Assembly (NCBI GenBank): GCA_041664585.1
Contig: JBAYKL010000004.1
Coordinates: forward strand, 19,775 to 83,774
From: Minisyncoccota bacterium
GTDB taxonomy: Bacteria; Patescibacteriota; Minisyncoccia; Phycocordibacterales; GWA1-40-21
DNA length: 64,000 nt
Reading direction: 5' to 3'
Numbering within the stretch: position 1 is the stretch's first letter; each line of letters opens with the position of its first letter. The position numbers and the translations under genes are program-made. Positions 1 to 9,895 of the stretch are shown here, in pieces. A model generated the notes under the pieces. The model did not search any database. It saw only the letters and a list, made by a program, of their open reading frames with translations, and had not been told where the DNA came from.

Positions 1-8
1 TTTAAATA

Positions 9-42
9 AAAAAGAGGGCCTGTGATGCAGGCTCTCTTTTTT
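9..42. terminator. Intrinsic terminator downstream of jag
   Basis: AAAAAGAGGGCCTG-loop-CAGGCTCTCTTTTT inverted repeat with A and T tails. Confidence 0.75.
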
Positions 43-44
43 AT

Positions 45-542
45 TTAACCTACGTATTTTATAACAACCCTTCTCTCCCTTCCTTCTCCAATAGACTCTG
101 TTTTAATGCCCTGTTGATCTGTAAGAGCCCCATGGACCACTAAACGCTCATAAGACGACATTGGTTCCATCTCCACATCACTCTTGAGATCACGCACCCT
201 ATTCGCAAGCATGGTAGCTTTTGTCTTAATCTTTTCAACCATACTACTTTGATAGTCATTTACATCTATTGCAAACTGAGATGATACGCCTTCATCACCT
301 TTGCAAACCATTCTTTTAATAAGATGAGTTAGTGCTTGAAAATTGTCTCCTCTGTCTCCGATAAGCAATCCTGACTCCGTGCTTTTTATTACAAAAACAG
401 TTCTGTTTGTTAAACCATCTTCAGTGATTTCAACAGAATCAAGTTTAACACCCATAAGCTTTACTAGAGATTCTATCATCTCTTTGGTCTTTGATTTATC
501 TATTGGCTTTGAAACTGTGTTGTTATTTATATTTGGTTCCAT
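45..542 (-). CDS. jag: Jag/KhpB RNA-binding protein (KH + R3H)
   Basis: KH motif GLLIGDRGDNFQAL; R3H motif MSSYERLVVH...ESIGEGRERRVVI; follows yidC. Confidence 0.92.
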   Translation of the reverse strand: MEPNINNNTVSKPIDKSKTKEMIESLVKLMGVKLDSVEITEDGLTNRTVFVIKSTESGLLIGDRGDNFQALTHLIKRMVCKGDEGVSSQFAIDVNDYQSSMVEKIKTKATMLANRVRDLKSDVEMEPMSSYERLVVHGALTDQQGIKTESIGEGRERRVVIKYVG

Positions 543-601
543 TTTTTTATCTCCACTTTTATTTCTGATTACTCAGGTTTTTGTGAAAACTGGTTACATG
601 G

Positions 602-1351
602 TTAAATTACTGTTACTCCCGATTTTGCCTCTTTTCCTCTTCTCATATAAAACTCTTGACCGATAGCAAACACACTACCTGTTATTAAATATAAAGATAC
701 TACAACAGGGAAGCTTCTTGCAACTAGAAAAATGATTACAGGCATTACATACTTCATTTGCATGTTCATACTCTTAGCAAGTTCATCCTTAAAATCATCC
801 TTTTGCCCCTTAATCTTAGCCTTTTTAGGTGTCTTTGGTATCGTAAGCTGCATCTGGAAGAATTGTGCTAAAGCAGCAAAAACAGCAAATATTGTACTTG
901 TTTTTGTAATGTCTATACCAAAGAACATCATATTTACCATATCTGGTGCCTTAACAAAAGAATATAAAACATTATGATCGATGTTTGGTAAACCTCCTCT
1001 TAGAAATACGTAGTAAAGAGCTATAAGAACGGGGAGCTGAATGAACATAAGAGCGATACCAGAAAAAGGGTTTAGATTCTTTTCTTTATATAGTGCCATT
1101 ATCTTTTCTGCTTGTGCTTGTTTATTGTCCTTATACTTAGCCTTAATTTCATTCATTTCTGGCTCCATCTTCTTCATCTCAAGTTGAGTACGAATAGATT
1201 TTTTGGAAAGGGGGAATAGAGCCACTTTTACAATACAAGTGAATAGAATTACGGCTACGCCGACATTAATAAAAGGAATATAGGCTAATAAAAGGATTAG
1301 GCCGTTATAAAGCGGAGCATAGAAAAAGTTTTGAAATATATAATGGAACAT
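602..1351 (-). CDS. yidC: Membrane protein insertase YidC/Oxa1
   Basis: LYKEKNLNPFSG...IQLPVLIALY motif, several TM helices, canonical position. Confidence 0.95.
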   Translation of the reverse strand: MFHYIFQNFFYAPLYNGLILLLAYIPFINVGVAVILFTCIVKVALFPLSKKSIRTQLEMKKMEPEMNEIKAKYKDNKQAQAEKIMALYKEKNLNPFSGIALMFIQLPVLIALYYVFLRGGLPNIDHNVLYSFVKAPDMVNMMFFGIDITKTSTIFAVFAALAQFFQMQLTIPKTPKKAKIKGQKDDFKDELAKSMNMQMKYVMPVIIFLVARSFPVVVSLYLITGSVFAIGQEFYMRRGKEAKSGVTVI

Positions 1352-1395
1352 GTAGAGATTGTAGCAGATTTGGGGGAGTTAAGAAAGGACCGAAT

Positions 1396-1788
1396 TTAGT
1401 TGTTTTTAAAACTTTCTATCTGGAAAATACCCGTTACCTTTAGATTGAGTTCTTGGAAGTTTGTCCTATTTTTAACCAAGGTATTGCTATAAAAGGGTTC
1501 GGCGTCTTCTCTACATGATAATGTTATATGAGGAGCTTCATTTTCTGATAGGTTTGTCTTAACAACTGCCGCCTGACCCTTTTCATCAAAGCAAAAACCA
1601 ATAATTTCAAGCTCGATTCGTTTGCCTATATAACCTTCATATTTTTTATACACAACATCGTCAGGTTTATAAGCCACCGTCATATGGTGGTAATATATTT
1701 TATTATGTACTGATTTAATATTTTCCTTCAAAAAATCTATCGACTCATTATCCAAAGTAACTAACATGTAGCCGTTAAATTCATTCAT
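1396..1788 (-). CDS. Hypothetical protein, probable 2H phosphoesterase fold
   Basis: Two H-x-T motifs (YHHMTV, PHITLS) about 50 aa apart; starts 2 nt after the rnpA stop. Confidence 0.55.
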   Translation of the reverse strand: MNEFNGYMLVTLDNESIDFLKENIKSVHNKIYYHHMTVAYKPDDVVYKKYEGYIGKRIELEIIGFCFDEKGQAAVVKTNLSENEAPHITLSCREDAEPFYSNTLVKNRTNFQELNLKVTGIFQIESFKNN

Positions 1789-1790
1789 AT

Positions 1791-2126
1791 TTATATAATT
1801 TTAGTGAGAATACTCTCTAAAACTTTTTTAATATCTGAGTAACTAGGTACTTTTTCTGATTTCTTAGCAAAAATAACAACCGTCTTTTTAAGATCTGGTT
1901 TTATTTTATCCAAATTTTTTTCAATTACATCACTCATCCTTCTTTTTATAAGATGTCTACCTGCTGAAGTTTTTTCAACTTTTTTTGATATAACTATAGC
2001 AAAGCCAGTCTTTTCTGGGGTCTTTCTAGAGACCTTCGCATATACAGTAGGGGAATCAAGGGTTATTCCTGTTCTAATAGTGTTCTCTATATCAACCCTC
2101 GTAGCTCTATATTTCCTTGGAATCAT
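1791..2126 (-). CDS. rnpA: Ribonuclease P protein component
   Basis: MIPRKYR start; GFAIVISKKVEKTSAGRHLIKRR RNR-like motif; follows rpmH. Confidence 0.88.
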   Translation of the reverse strand: MIPRKYRATRVDIENTIRTGITLDSPTVYAKVSRKTPEKTGFAIVISKKVEKTSAGRHLIKRRMSDVIEKNLDKIKPDLKKTVVIFAKKSEKVPSYSDIKKVLESILTKII

Positions 2127-2183
2127 AATTAGTCTATATAATATCACTATATATCAAAAAAGGGCACCAAGGCCCTTTTTTAT

Positions 2184-2321
2184 TTATACTGTTGTTAATC
2201 TCTTTCTGCCCTTTACTCTCCTTTTGCTCAAAACCCTCTTTCCATATGCTGTTTTGCTTCTTACCAAAAAACCATGGGTTTTTGCTCTCTTTCTTTTTTT
2301 AGGTTGATATGTTTCTGACAT
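2184..2321 (-). CDS. rpmH: 50S ribosomal protein L34
   Basis: [18 protein letters not shown]...GRKRLT; start set to the Met of MSETYQP. Confidence 0.96.
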   Translation of the reverse strand: MSETYQPKKRKRAKTHGFLVRSKTAYGKRVLSKRRVKGRKRLTTV

Positions 2322-2387
2322 AATGTAGGAGTATAAACCAAAAAAAACTTTTTGTAAAGTATTTTTAATATCAAAATATATTATTAT

Positions 2388-2450
2388 TAGTATCCACGAG
2401 ATATACACAGCTTATGCACAAAAGTAAATTTTAATAAAAACTATCCACAA
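2388..2450 (+). promoter_or_regulatory. DnaA-box cluster upstream of dnaA
   Basis: Near-consensus boxes GTATCCACG (2390), ATATACACA (2401), TTATGCACA (2412), CTATCCACA (2441). Confidence 0.75.
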
Positions 2451-2473
2451 TTTATAATAAGGTAAACAAAAAC

Positions 2474-3805
2474 ATGGTTGAAAATAAAACTCTTTGGACG
2501 AATGTGTTGGCTGAAATAGAACTTAGTTTATCTAAAGCTAATTTTAGTATGTGGTTTAAGGATACCTTTATTCTTAAACAAGATGATGGGGTAGTATATC
2601 TTGGTGTACCAAATGTCTTTGTAAAAGATTGGTTATTAAATAAATATCATAAAGATATATTGAAGAACCTCAGGACCTTTGGGGAAAACATTAGAAATGT
2701 TGAATATGTTGTTTCTAAAGAAGAACAAAAAAACATCCTTAAAACACCAACCTTCCATAATCAGCTGCCTCTGAACGATTTTTATATAAACAAGGAAGAC
2801 AATCTTAATCCAAAATATACTTTTGAAACCTTTGTCGTCGGTCCATTCAATGAATTAGCTCACGCAGCTTCTCAAGCGATTCTCAAAAAACAAGCTGCGT
2901 ACAATCCACTCTTTATTTTCGGTAGCACAGGTCACGGAAAGACCCATCTTATACAAGCACTAGGGAACCACTACAAATCGGCAGATCAAAATAAAAAGGT
3001 TTACTACATTACCTCAGAAAAATTTGTTAACGATTACTTAAATTCTCTTAACAATGGAACGGCGAATAATTTTAAAGAGAAATATAGAAAGTATGACATC
3101 CTTATAATAGACGACATACAATTTCTTTCTAAAAAGGATAAGTCTCAGGAGGAGTTTTTCCATTTGTTTAATACACTACACGAAAATAATAAACAACTTA
3201 TACTTTCTTCGGATAAACACCCAAACTTCATCCCTGATATCGAGGAAAGAATAAAATCTAGATTCAATGCCGGTATGATAGTAGAGATACAAAAGCCTGA
3301 TTTTGAGTCTAGAATTCAGATATTTAGTAAGAAATCTTCACTTATAGGACTTTCACTCTCAAACGATATAATAGAGTACCTGGCGGCTTCTGTAGACGGT
3401 AATATAAGGGAATTAGAGGGCATTCTAAACCTCATCCTTTGCCAATCTCAATTAAAAAATAAGGAGATGACACTTAACGAAATAAAAGATTTGGTTAAAA
3501 ATACAACCAAACTAAAGAAAAGTGTTTCTATTAAAGATGTTATTAAAATAATAGCAGAATACTACGGTATAGAAGAGGCTAATATCTATAAGAAAGGGAG
3601 AAAAAAAGAAGTAATTAAACCAAGACAGGTTATAATGTATATATTAAGAGACGATTTTGATATCTCATTCCCTTCAATAGGAGAAAAAGTAGGGAATAGA
3701 GATCACTCAACTGTAATACACTCATACGAAAAGATTAAAAGTGATTTAAAAACCGATCCCGATTTAGCACAAGAGATAAGTCAGATACGTTCGATGTTGA
3801 AATAG
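2474..3805 (+). CDS. dnaA: Chromosomal replication initiator DnaA
   Basis: LNPKYTFETFVVG, Walker A GSTGHGKT, DDIQFL, domain IV RDHSTVIH. Confidence 0.99.
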   Translation: MVENKTLWTNVLAEIELSLSKANFSMWFKDTFILKQDDGVVYLGVPNVFVKDWLLNKYHKDILKNLRTFGENIRNVEYVVSKEEQKNILKTPTFHNQLPLNDFYINKEDNLNPKYTFETFVVGPFNELAHAASQAILKKQAAYNPLFIFGSTGHGKTHLIQALGNHYKSADQNKKVYYITSEKFVNDYLNSLNNGTANNFKEKYRKYDILIIDDIQFLSKKDKSQEEFFHLFNTLHENNKQLILSSDKHPNFIPDIEERIKSRFNAGMIVEIQKPDFESRIQIFSKKSSLIGLSLSNDIIEYLAASVDGNIRELEGILNLILCQSQLKNKEMTLNEIKDLVKNTTKLKKSVSIKDVIKIIAEYYGIEEANIYKKGRKKEVIKPRQVIMYILRDDFDISFPSIGEKVGNRDHSTVIHSYEKIKSDLKTDPDLAQEISQIRSMLK

Positions 3806-4023
3806 TTGTTTATAAGTTATTGATAACAAGTATGTAAGGTTGTTTATAAGAAATTGATAACTTTTAAGTAAAAATTATACACTTTGATACAACCAGCTAA
3901 TAAACAAAATAGGAAAGAAAATATTATAAAAATATGTTCATAAATAAAGACGAAAAAAGTTTTAAACAAGTAAACAGATATAATAATAAGTAAGGTATTT
4001 TATTAATTAAAAGAAACAAGAAT
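3806..4023. other. Probable oriC / unwinding region (dnaA-dnaN intergenic)
   Basis: Very AT-rich 218 bp; degenerate boxes TGTTTATAA (3807, 3841) and TGTTCATAA (3935); TAA-repeat tract near 3980; gene orientation switches around this locus. Confidence 0.75.
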
Positions 4024-5124
4024 ATGAAAATAGAATGTGTTAAAGATAAATTACATATAGCGGTGTCTAAAGCAGAGAAGATTGCTAGTAAAAATATTTC
4101 TCTACCAGTTCTTTCATGTTTATTGTTTGAAACAAGAAAAAATATTTTAGTTATCAGATCTACTAATCTTGATTTGGGTTTAGAAATATCTATTCCGGTA
4201 AAAGTTGAGGAAGAGGGAAGGGTTGCTGTTCCGGCTCAAGTTATAAGCAGTTTTTTGAACAATCTATCGGATGATAAAAATATTAAGCTAGAAACCATCG
4301 ATAATATCCTTAAGGTGTATTCTTCAAATAGCGAAGCTAATATTAAAACTCTCCCCGTAGATGATTTTCCTACAGTACCTATGATAGATGAAGGTAAGGT
4401 TTGCAAGATAAATATAAAAGATTTAGTTGGTGGTATAAAGTCTGTCATCTATAGTGCTTCAACTTCTTCTGTAAAACCAGAGCTTGCTAGCGTATATATG
4501 TATTCAGAGGATGATAATTTTGTTTTTGTTGCTACAGATTCGTTTAGACTCGCAGAAAAGAAAATTAAAAACAGAAAGCCTATAGATATAAATGGTATTC
4601 TCATCCCTTTCAAAAATGCAGCCGATATCTTAAAGATCGTCGATGGTAATGATGGAGAAATAGAAATAAATTGTACAAAAAATCAGATATCTTTTAGTTT
4701 TGATGGTATATATCTTGTTTCTAGAGTTATTGACGGAGTATTTCCTGATTACAAACAGATTTTACCAAAAGAAACAAAAACTAGTATTGTTGTTTTGAAA
4801 CAAGATTTAGTGAACGCACTAAAGCTATCAAATATCTTTTCTGACACGTTTAATCAAATGAATATTTTAGTTTCAGTAGAGAATAAAACTCTTACCGTAA
4901 AAACAAAGAATTCAAATATTGGTGAAAATGTAAATAAAATAGATTCAACTATAGAAGGGGAGAGTATAGACGTTAATTTTAATTATAAGTACATAGTTGA
5001 TTGTTTGCCATTAATTTCATCAGATAGTATTTCTCTTTCTTTTGCTGGTTTGAATAAGCCTATGGTTATAAAAGGAGTATCTGATAAGAGCTTCACATAT
5101 CTTGTGATGCCTATGAATAGGTAA
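4024..5124 (+). CDS. dnaN: DNA polymerase III beta sliding clamp
   Basis: STNLDLG, ATDSFRLA, GVFPDYKQILP, C-terminal LVMPM. Confidence 0.98.
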   Translation: MKIECVKDKLHIAVSKAEKIASKNISLPVLSCLLFETRKNILVIRSTNLDLGLEISIPVKVEEEGRVAVPAQVISSFLNNLSDDKNIKLETIDNILKVYSSNSEANIKTLPVDDFPTVPMIDEGKVCKINIKDLVGGIKSVIYSASTSSVKPELASVYMYSEDDNFVFVATDSFRLAEKKIKNRKPIDINGILIPFKNAADILKIVDGNDGEIEINCTKNQISFSFDGIYLVSRVIDGVFPDYKQILPKETKTSIVVLKQDLVNALKLSNIFSDTFNQMNILVSVENKTLTVKTKNSNIGENVNKIDSTIEGESIDVNFNYKYIVDCLPLISSDSISLSFAGLNKPMVIKGVSDKSFTYLVMPMNR

Positions 5125-5132
5125 AAATAATT

Positions 5133-5759
5133 ATGAATAAAAAAGAAATTTGGGATAACATTTCTAAACAGGTTGATAATCTAACTGATGCTTTGGGTAT
5201 GTCAGTTGATGAAAAAATTAAACCAGTTGTTATCTCCCTTAATGCTTTAGGTATATGTACGTCATCTTCTTGCGGAGGACATTTTGATGATGGGCGCTTT
5301 CTTTTTCCTGGTATCATTTGCGAAGCGTTTAATAAGCCAGAATACCGATGGACAGGGGAAGGGGAGATTATAGAATCAATTTTCGATAAATATAAAATTG
5401 AGCCGAGACAGAAAAACATGATTTTTTGGCCAGGGAATGAGGCTGCAGAAAATGAATATTATGAAAGGACGAGAAACGTTTTGGAAACATTAGAGTATTT
5501 TGAATGGGATAGGGGAAACTATTTTATTGCGAAAAAAGCATTCGAAATTATTAAAGCTTTTAACGAACAAGGTACACATCCTGAAGATATCAAGATCTCA
5601 TATGGAGGTATGTATCCAGGATGCTCGATAGACATAGCCGGAGATGATCTAATGTTGAAAACCCTGACCGAAGATATTCTAAAAGGAAAAATTATAAAAG
5701 CTCAAAAGGAGATGGATGCTTTTGGTGCTTTTCTGAAAGACACATTTTTTAATAACTAA
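5133..5759 (+). CDS. Hypothetical protein with T-x-x-S-C-x-G-H motif
   Basis: 208-aa ORF 8 nt after dnaN; LNALGICTSSSCGGH. Confidence 0.7.
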   Translation: MNKKEIWDNISKQVDNLTDALGMSVDEKIKPVVISLNALGICTSSSCGGHFDDGRFLFPGIICEAFNKPEYRWTGEGEIIESIFDKYKIEPRQKNMIFWPGNEAAENEYYERTRNVLETLEYFEWDRGNYFIAKKAFEIIKAFNEQGTHPEDIKISYGGMYPGCSIDIAGDDLMLKTLTEDILKGKIIKAQKEMDAFGAFLKDTFFNN

Positions 5760-5763
5760 AGTC

Positions 5764-6018
5764 ATGTTCGATATAGCAAAATATCTAGAAAAGTTTACTG
5801 TACTGGCGAATTCTCGTCATTTTTTACGTGATTCTGTACAGGGAGCAATAAAAGAAATTTGTGGTATAGAAATAGATCCTAAAAAAATAGAAGTAAAAGA
5901 TTTTGTGGCAAGAATAAATGAAAGGCCAATTATAAAGAGTGAAATCTTTTTGAAAAAAAATAGAATTCTTTCATCTCTCAAAGACAAAACAGGGGGGAAG
6001 GTGATAGATATAATATAA
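5764..6018 (+). CDS. Small protein, possible DciA/DUF721-like
   Basis: 84 aa in the dnaA-dnaN gene run; PIIKSEIFLKKNRILSSL resembles the DUF721 helix. Confidence 0.5.
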   Translation: MFDIAKYLEKFTVLANSRHFLRDSVQGAIKEICGIEIDPKKIEVKDFVARINERPIIKSEIFLKKNRILSSLKDKTGGKVIDII

Positions 6019-6040
6019 AAACCGCCTTTAGGCGGTTTTT
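6017..6040. terminator. Bidirectional terminator
   Basis: AAAAACCGCC-TTTA-GGCGGTTTTT between convergent genes. Confidence 0.85.
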
Positions 6041-6043
6041 ATA

Positions 6044-8596
6044 TTATTTGATTTTCAAGTTTATCGTTTTTTCTGATTTATTATAAACCTTGTCTGTAAC
6101 GATTACCTTTAGCTGATTGTCTGTTCCTACAAAATCCTCTGATGACGGTATAAAATTTATTAAGTAAGGTTTATCAGAAGATGATCCTATAAATTGATTA
6201 TTCAGATAGTAGTCTACTTTTGAGATTTGATATGTAGATTGAATTACCGGGATAATATTTATCGTTTGGTCTTTGTTATATTCAGTATTTGTACTCGGTG
6301 ATATTATTTGTACTTTTGGTAAGGTATTCTCTGTGTGCACGTCGTCATAATTTGTTGGTTTTGTAGGAAATGCCATTGGGTTTTTTTCTAACCATTTTTG
6401 CAAACCATACTCCCAGTTTTCAAATTGGTAATCATTGTTTGGGTTTTCTGGAATCGGGCCTAATGGATCTTTTTTATCTACCCAATATAGTATTGAGTGT
6501 ATATTTGGTATTGCTCTTTCTTCTTGTGTTTCTGTTGGTGTCAATTCTGTTGCAAGTTTGCCAGATATTTTATCAATTAGATAGGTATCGTTACCCTGCC
6601 ATATGCCCCCGATTATCGGTTTAAGATCTATAACTGTCTGTTCCTGCGGTTGCTTAAATGATTCTTCGGGTACTGTCTTTAATACCTCGTTCATTACCTC
6701 ATGCCACATTGGCGCGACTATAAGTCCGGCGACTTTCTTCTCCATTGGTGTATTGTCATTATTTCCAGCCCACATGCCGTAAACAATACTTGGAGTATAA
6801 CCAATAATCCAAGCATCTTTGTAGTCGTTCGTTGTACCAGTTTTTGATGCAACAGTTCTGCCAGGGTAGTACATTACTGAGTGATATCCATATGCTGGTA
6901 CCTTAGCTTCGTCATCAGAAAGTATGCTGTTTATTTTTAGTGCACTATCCTCACTTAGTCCGAATCTTGGTTTGGACTCATATTTTTCCAAGACATTTCC
7001 TTTCTGATCTTCAATTGAAATTATTCCAGTATAGGGAAGTCTTGTACCGTTGTTTGCGAATACCCCGTACGCACTTACTTCTTCTAGAAGAGAAACCTCT
7101 CCGCCTCCGAGAACCAGCGTAAGCCCATATCTGTCTGGCTCGGCTAAACTTGTGATACCCATAGACTTTGCTGTTTCTATTGAGTCTTTTATTCCTGCCA
7201 AGTATAGCGTTTTTATTGCGATAATGTTTCTTGATTCAGCAAGGGCGGATCTCAATGTCATTGGACCCTTAAATATATTGTCATAATTGTCTGGCATATA
7301 ACAAGAATTTTCCGGAGTGATTTCTGCCGAAGGGTTTCTTGGTTTACCATCTGGTGTACAAGAGCTTTGAAATTCTGTTTGGGCATCAAACAGAACGGTT
7401 TCTGGTGTATACCCTTTATTGAAAGCTGTGGCGTATACGAATGGTTTAAAGGTTGAACCAGGTTGTCTCAGGGCCAAGGCGATATTATAATTTCCATCTA
7501 TTTCTTTATCAAAATAATCTCTAGAACCAACCATTACTAGTATTTGTCCTGTTTTTGGATCTATGGCTACACCGGCCGCGTTTTCGGCATTAAACTTTTC
7601 CTTGTTTTCTAATGCTCTTTTCTTAATTATCTCCTCCGCTTTTGATTGCAGATCATAATCAAGAGTGGTAATTACTTTATAGCCATTTTCCTGCATTGCA
7701 TTCTCTCCGTATTTTTGTACAAGATATTGTTTTATGAATTCGACAAAGTGCGGAGCTTTAATACCATATTGTTCTCTGGGTATAAAAGTTACATCCTCTT
7801 TTGTTGCAGAATCATACTCATCCTTTGTAATGAAATTATTTTCGAGCATTTTACTTAGAACAAGCTTTTGTCTAATTTTTAACTTTTCTAAGTTTTGCCC
7901 ATATGGAGAATAGAAGGTGGGAGCTTGGGGGATGGCGGCAAGGTATGCTGATTCTGCAAGGGTTACATCTGCAGCACTTTTATTAAAAAATCTTTGCGCT
8001 GCTTCTTCCACGCCATATAGGTTTCCTCCATATGGAGTCTCGTTCAAATAGATAGAGAGGATTTGTTCCTTGCTCATTATTTTTTCTATCTTTAGAGACA
8101 AAACCCACTCTTTGAGCTTTCTAGAAATCTTCTTTTCTGTTGTAAGGAGAGAGTTTTTAATAACCTGTTGGGTAATTGTAGACCCACCTTGTCCATATCC
8201 ACCACTAAGTACATTTGAAAGAACGGCTCTTATAATAGATTTTATTTTTATACCATGATGCTGATAGAATTCGGCGTCTTCTATGGCCACAGTAGCGTTT
8301 TTTACATTTCTGGAAATACTCTCAAAAGAGATTTGGGTTCTCTTCATTTCTTCATGAACATCATATAGAAGTATTTTCCCAGTACGATCGTATATCTTTG
8401 TGGATTGGGCAACTATTCTATTCTCAAAAGAATTTAAATCTGGTATTTGGAAAGTGGATATCCATATAAGTAAGGATCCAGAGACGACAAAAAATAAAGC
8501 GATTAGGAGTAAGAGAACTTTTTTCCAGTGTGTTGTTAAGGTACGAGAGTATTTTTTGGTATGCTTTTTAATATTATGAATGTGTTTTTTGTACAT
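6044..8596 (-). CDS. Class A penicillin-binding protein (PBP1A family) with C-terminal Ig-like domain
   Basis: Transglycosylase EDAEFYQHHG and GGSTITQQ; transpeptidase STFK, SRN, KTG. Confidence 0.96.
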   Translation of the reverse strand: MYKKHIHNIKKHTKKYSRTLTTHWKKVLLLLIALFFVVSGSLLIWISTFQIPDLNSFENRIVAQSTKIYDRTGKILLYDVHEEMKRTQISFESISRNVKNATVAIEDAEFYQHHGIKIKSIIRAVLSNVLSGGYGQGGSTITQQVIKNSLLTTEKKISRKLKEWVLSLKIEKIMSKEQILSIYLNETPYGGNLYGVEEAAQRFFNKSAADVTLAESAYLAAIPQAPTFYSPYGQNLEKLKIRQKLVLSKMLENNFITKDEYDSATKEDVTFIPREQYGIKAPHFVEFIKQYLVQKYGENAMQENGYKVITTLDYDLQSKAEEIIKKRALENKEKFNAENAAGVAIDPKTGQILVMVGSRDYFDKEIDGNYNIALALRQPGSTFKPFVYATAFNKGYTPETVLFDAQTEFQSSCTPDGKPRNPSAEITPENSCYMPDNYDNIFKGPMTLRSALAESRNIIAIKTLYLAGIKDSIETAKSMGITSLAEPDRYGLTLVLGGGEVSLLEEVSAYGVFANNGTRLPYTGIISIEDQKGNVLEKYESKPRFGLSEDSALKINSILSDDEAKVPAYGYHSVMYYPGRTVASKTGTTNDYKDAWIIGYTPSIVYGMWAGNNDNTPMEKKVAGLIVAPMWHEVMNEVLKTVPEESFKQPQEQTVIDLKPIIGGIWQGNDTYLIDKISGKLATELTPTETQEERAIPNIHSILYWVDKKDPLGPIPENPNNDYQFENWEYGLQKWLEKNPMAFPTKPTNYDDVHTENTLPKVQIISPSTNTEYNKDQTINIIPVIQSTYQISKVDYYLNNQFIGSSSDKPYLINFIPSSEDFVGTDNQLKVIVTDKVYNKSEKTINLKIK

Positions 8597-8692
8597 AGAT
8601 GTATATTATACCATAATATCGTGTTCACTTATTAATACGTCACAACTAAACATATTGGTGCAAAAAAGTCTTATTTATGATAAATTTAGAGG

Positions 8693-9895
8693 ATGAAAAT
8701 AGATACAGATCCTAAGAAAATAGAAGATTTTTTGACACGAGGTGTTGAAAATATTTTCCCTAATAAAGAGTTTGTTAAGAAACAGCTTTTGAGTGGTAAG
8801 AAACTAAAGATGTATCTAGGCATTGATCCTACAGGACCGACTCTTCATTTGGGGCATGCTGTTCCTCTAAAGAAGTTAAAAGAATTTCAAGCTTTAGGAC
8901 ACCAAGTTATTTTACTGATAGGTGATTTTACTGGAATGATTGGAGATCCTTCAGATAAAAATTCAACGAGAAAACAACTAACGAGAAAGGAGGTTTTGAA
9001 CAATTGTAAATTATATAAGAAACAAGCCTCTTTGTTTTTGAAATTTGGTTTTGGTGGTGCTAAGTTAAAATATAATTCAACATGGTTGGGTAAAATGAAA
9101 TTTGGAGACGTACTGTCTCTTGCTTCTAAGATGACAGTGGATCAAATGTTGAAGAGGGATATGTTTCAAAAAAGAATTGAGGCTAATAAACCCATTCATA
9201 TTCACGAGTTTATGTACCCGCTTATGCAAGGTTATGATTCTTTTGTCTTAAACGTTGAGGGTGAAATTGGTGGGAATGATCAAATGTTTAACATGCTCAC
9301 AGGAAGAGATCTGTTAAAAGAAATTTCTGGTAAAGAAAAGTTCGTTATAACAACTAAACTTCTCGAAGATGCAAACGGCAAGAAAATGGGTAAGACTGAT
9401 GGTAACGCTGTTTCTATGCTTGATGATGAATTTGAGATGTATGGAAAAGTAATGAGCTGGACAGATGGCATGATGTTGCCAGCTTTTGAAATCTCTACAG
9501 ATGTTTCAATGGAAAAGATGGCTGAAATAAAAGAACAATTAGAAAAAGGAATAAATCCAAGAGAAATAAAAGGAATTCTCGCTAGAGAAATTGTAAAGGT
9601 GTATTACGGAGAAAAAAGAGCCCAAAAAGCAGAAGAAAACTTTATAGCAACCTTTAAGAAAGGTGGAATTCCAGAAGATATACAAGAAATTAAAATAGAA
9701 AAGGGAAGCGGGCTATGTAATGCTGTTGTTTCAAATAAAATTGTTCCATCGAATACAGAATTCAGGAGATTGATTACTGCGGGGGCAATAAGTGATATGA
9801 AAACTGGAGAGAAAATCACCGATCCAAACTTTAAGATAGAATCTGAAATCGTTTTGAAAATCGGTAAAAAGACTTTTGTAAAAATTCTTGTATGA
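8693..9895 (+). CDS. tyrS: Tyrosine--tRNA ligase
   Basis: GIDPTGPTLHLGH, YPLMQGYD, GGNDQ, KMGKT, S4-like C-terminus. Confidence 0.97.
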   Translation: MKIDTDPKKIEDFLTRGVENIFPNKEFVKKQLLSGKKLKMYLGIDPTGPTLHLGHAVPLKKLKEFQALGHQVILLIGDFTGMIGDPSDKNSTRKQLTRKEVLNNCKLYKKQASLFLKFGFGGAKLKYNSTWLGKMKFGDVLSLASKMTVDQMLKRDMFQKRIEANKPIHIHEFMYPLMQGYDSFVLNVEGEIGGNDQMFNMLTGRDLLKEISGKEKFVITTKLLEDANGKKMGKTDGNAVSMLDDEFEMYGKVMSWTDGMMLPAFEISTDVSMEKMAEIKEQLEKGINPREIKGILAREIVKVYYGEKRAQKAEENFIATFKKGGIPEDIQEIKIEKGSGLCNAVVSNKIVPSNTEFRRLITAGAISDMKTGEKITDPNFKIESEIVLKIGKKTFVKILV

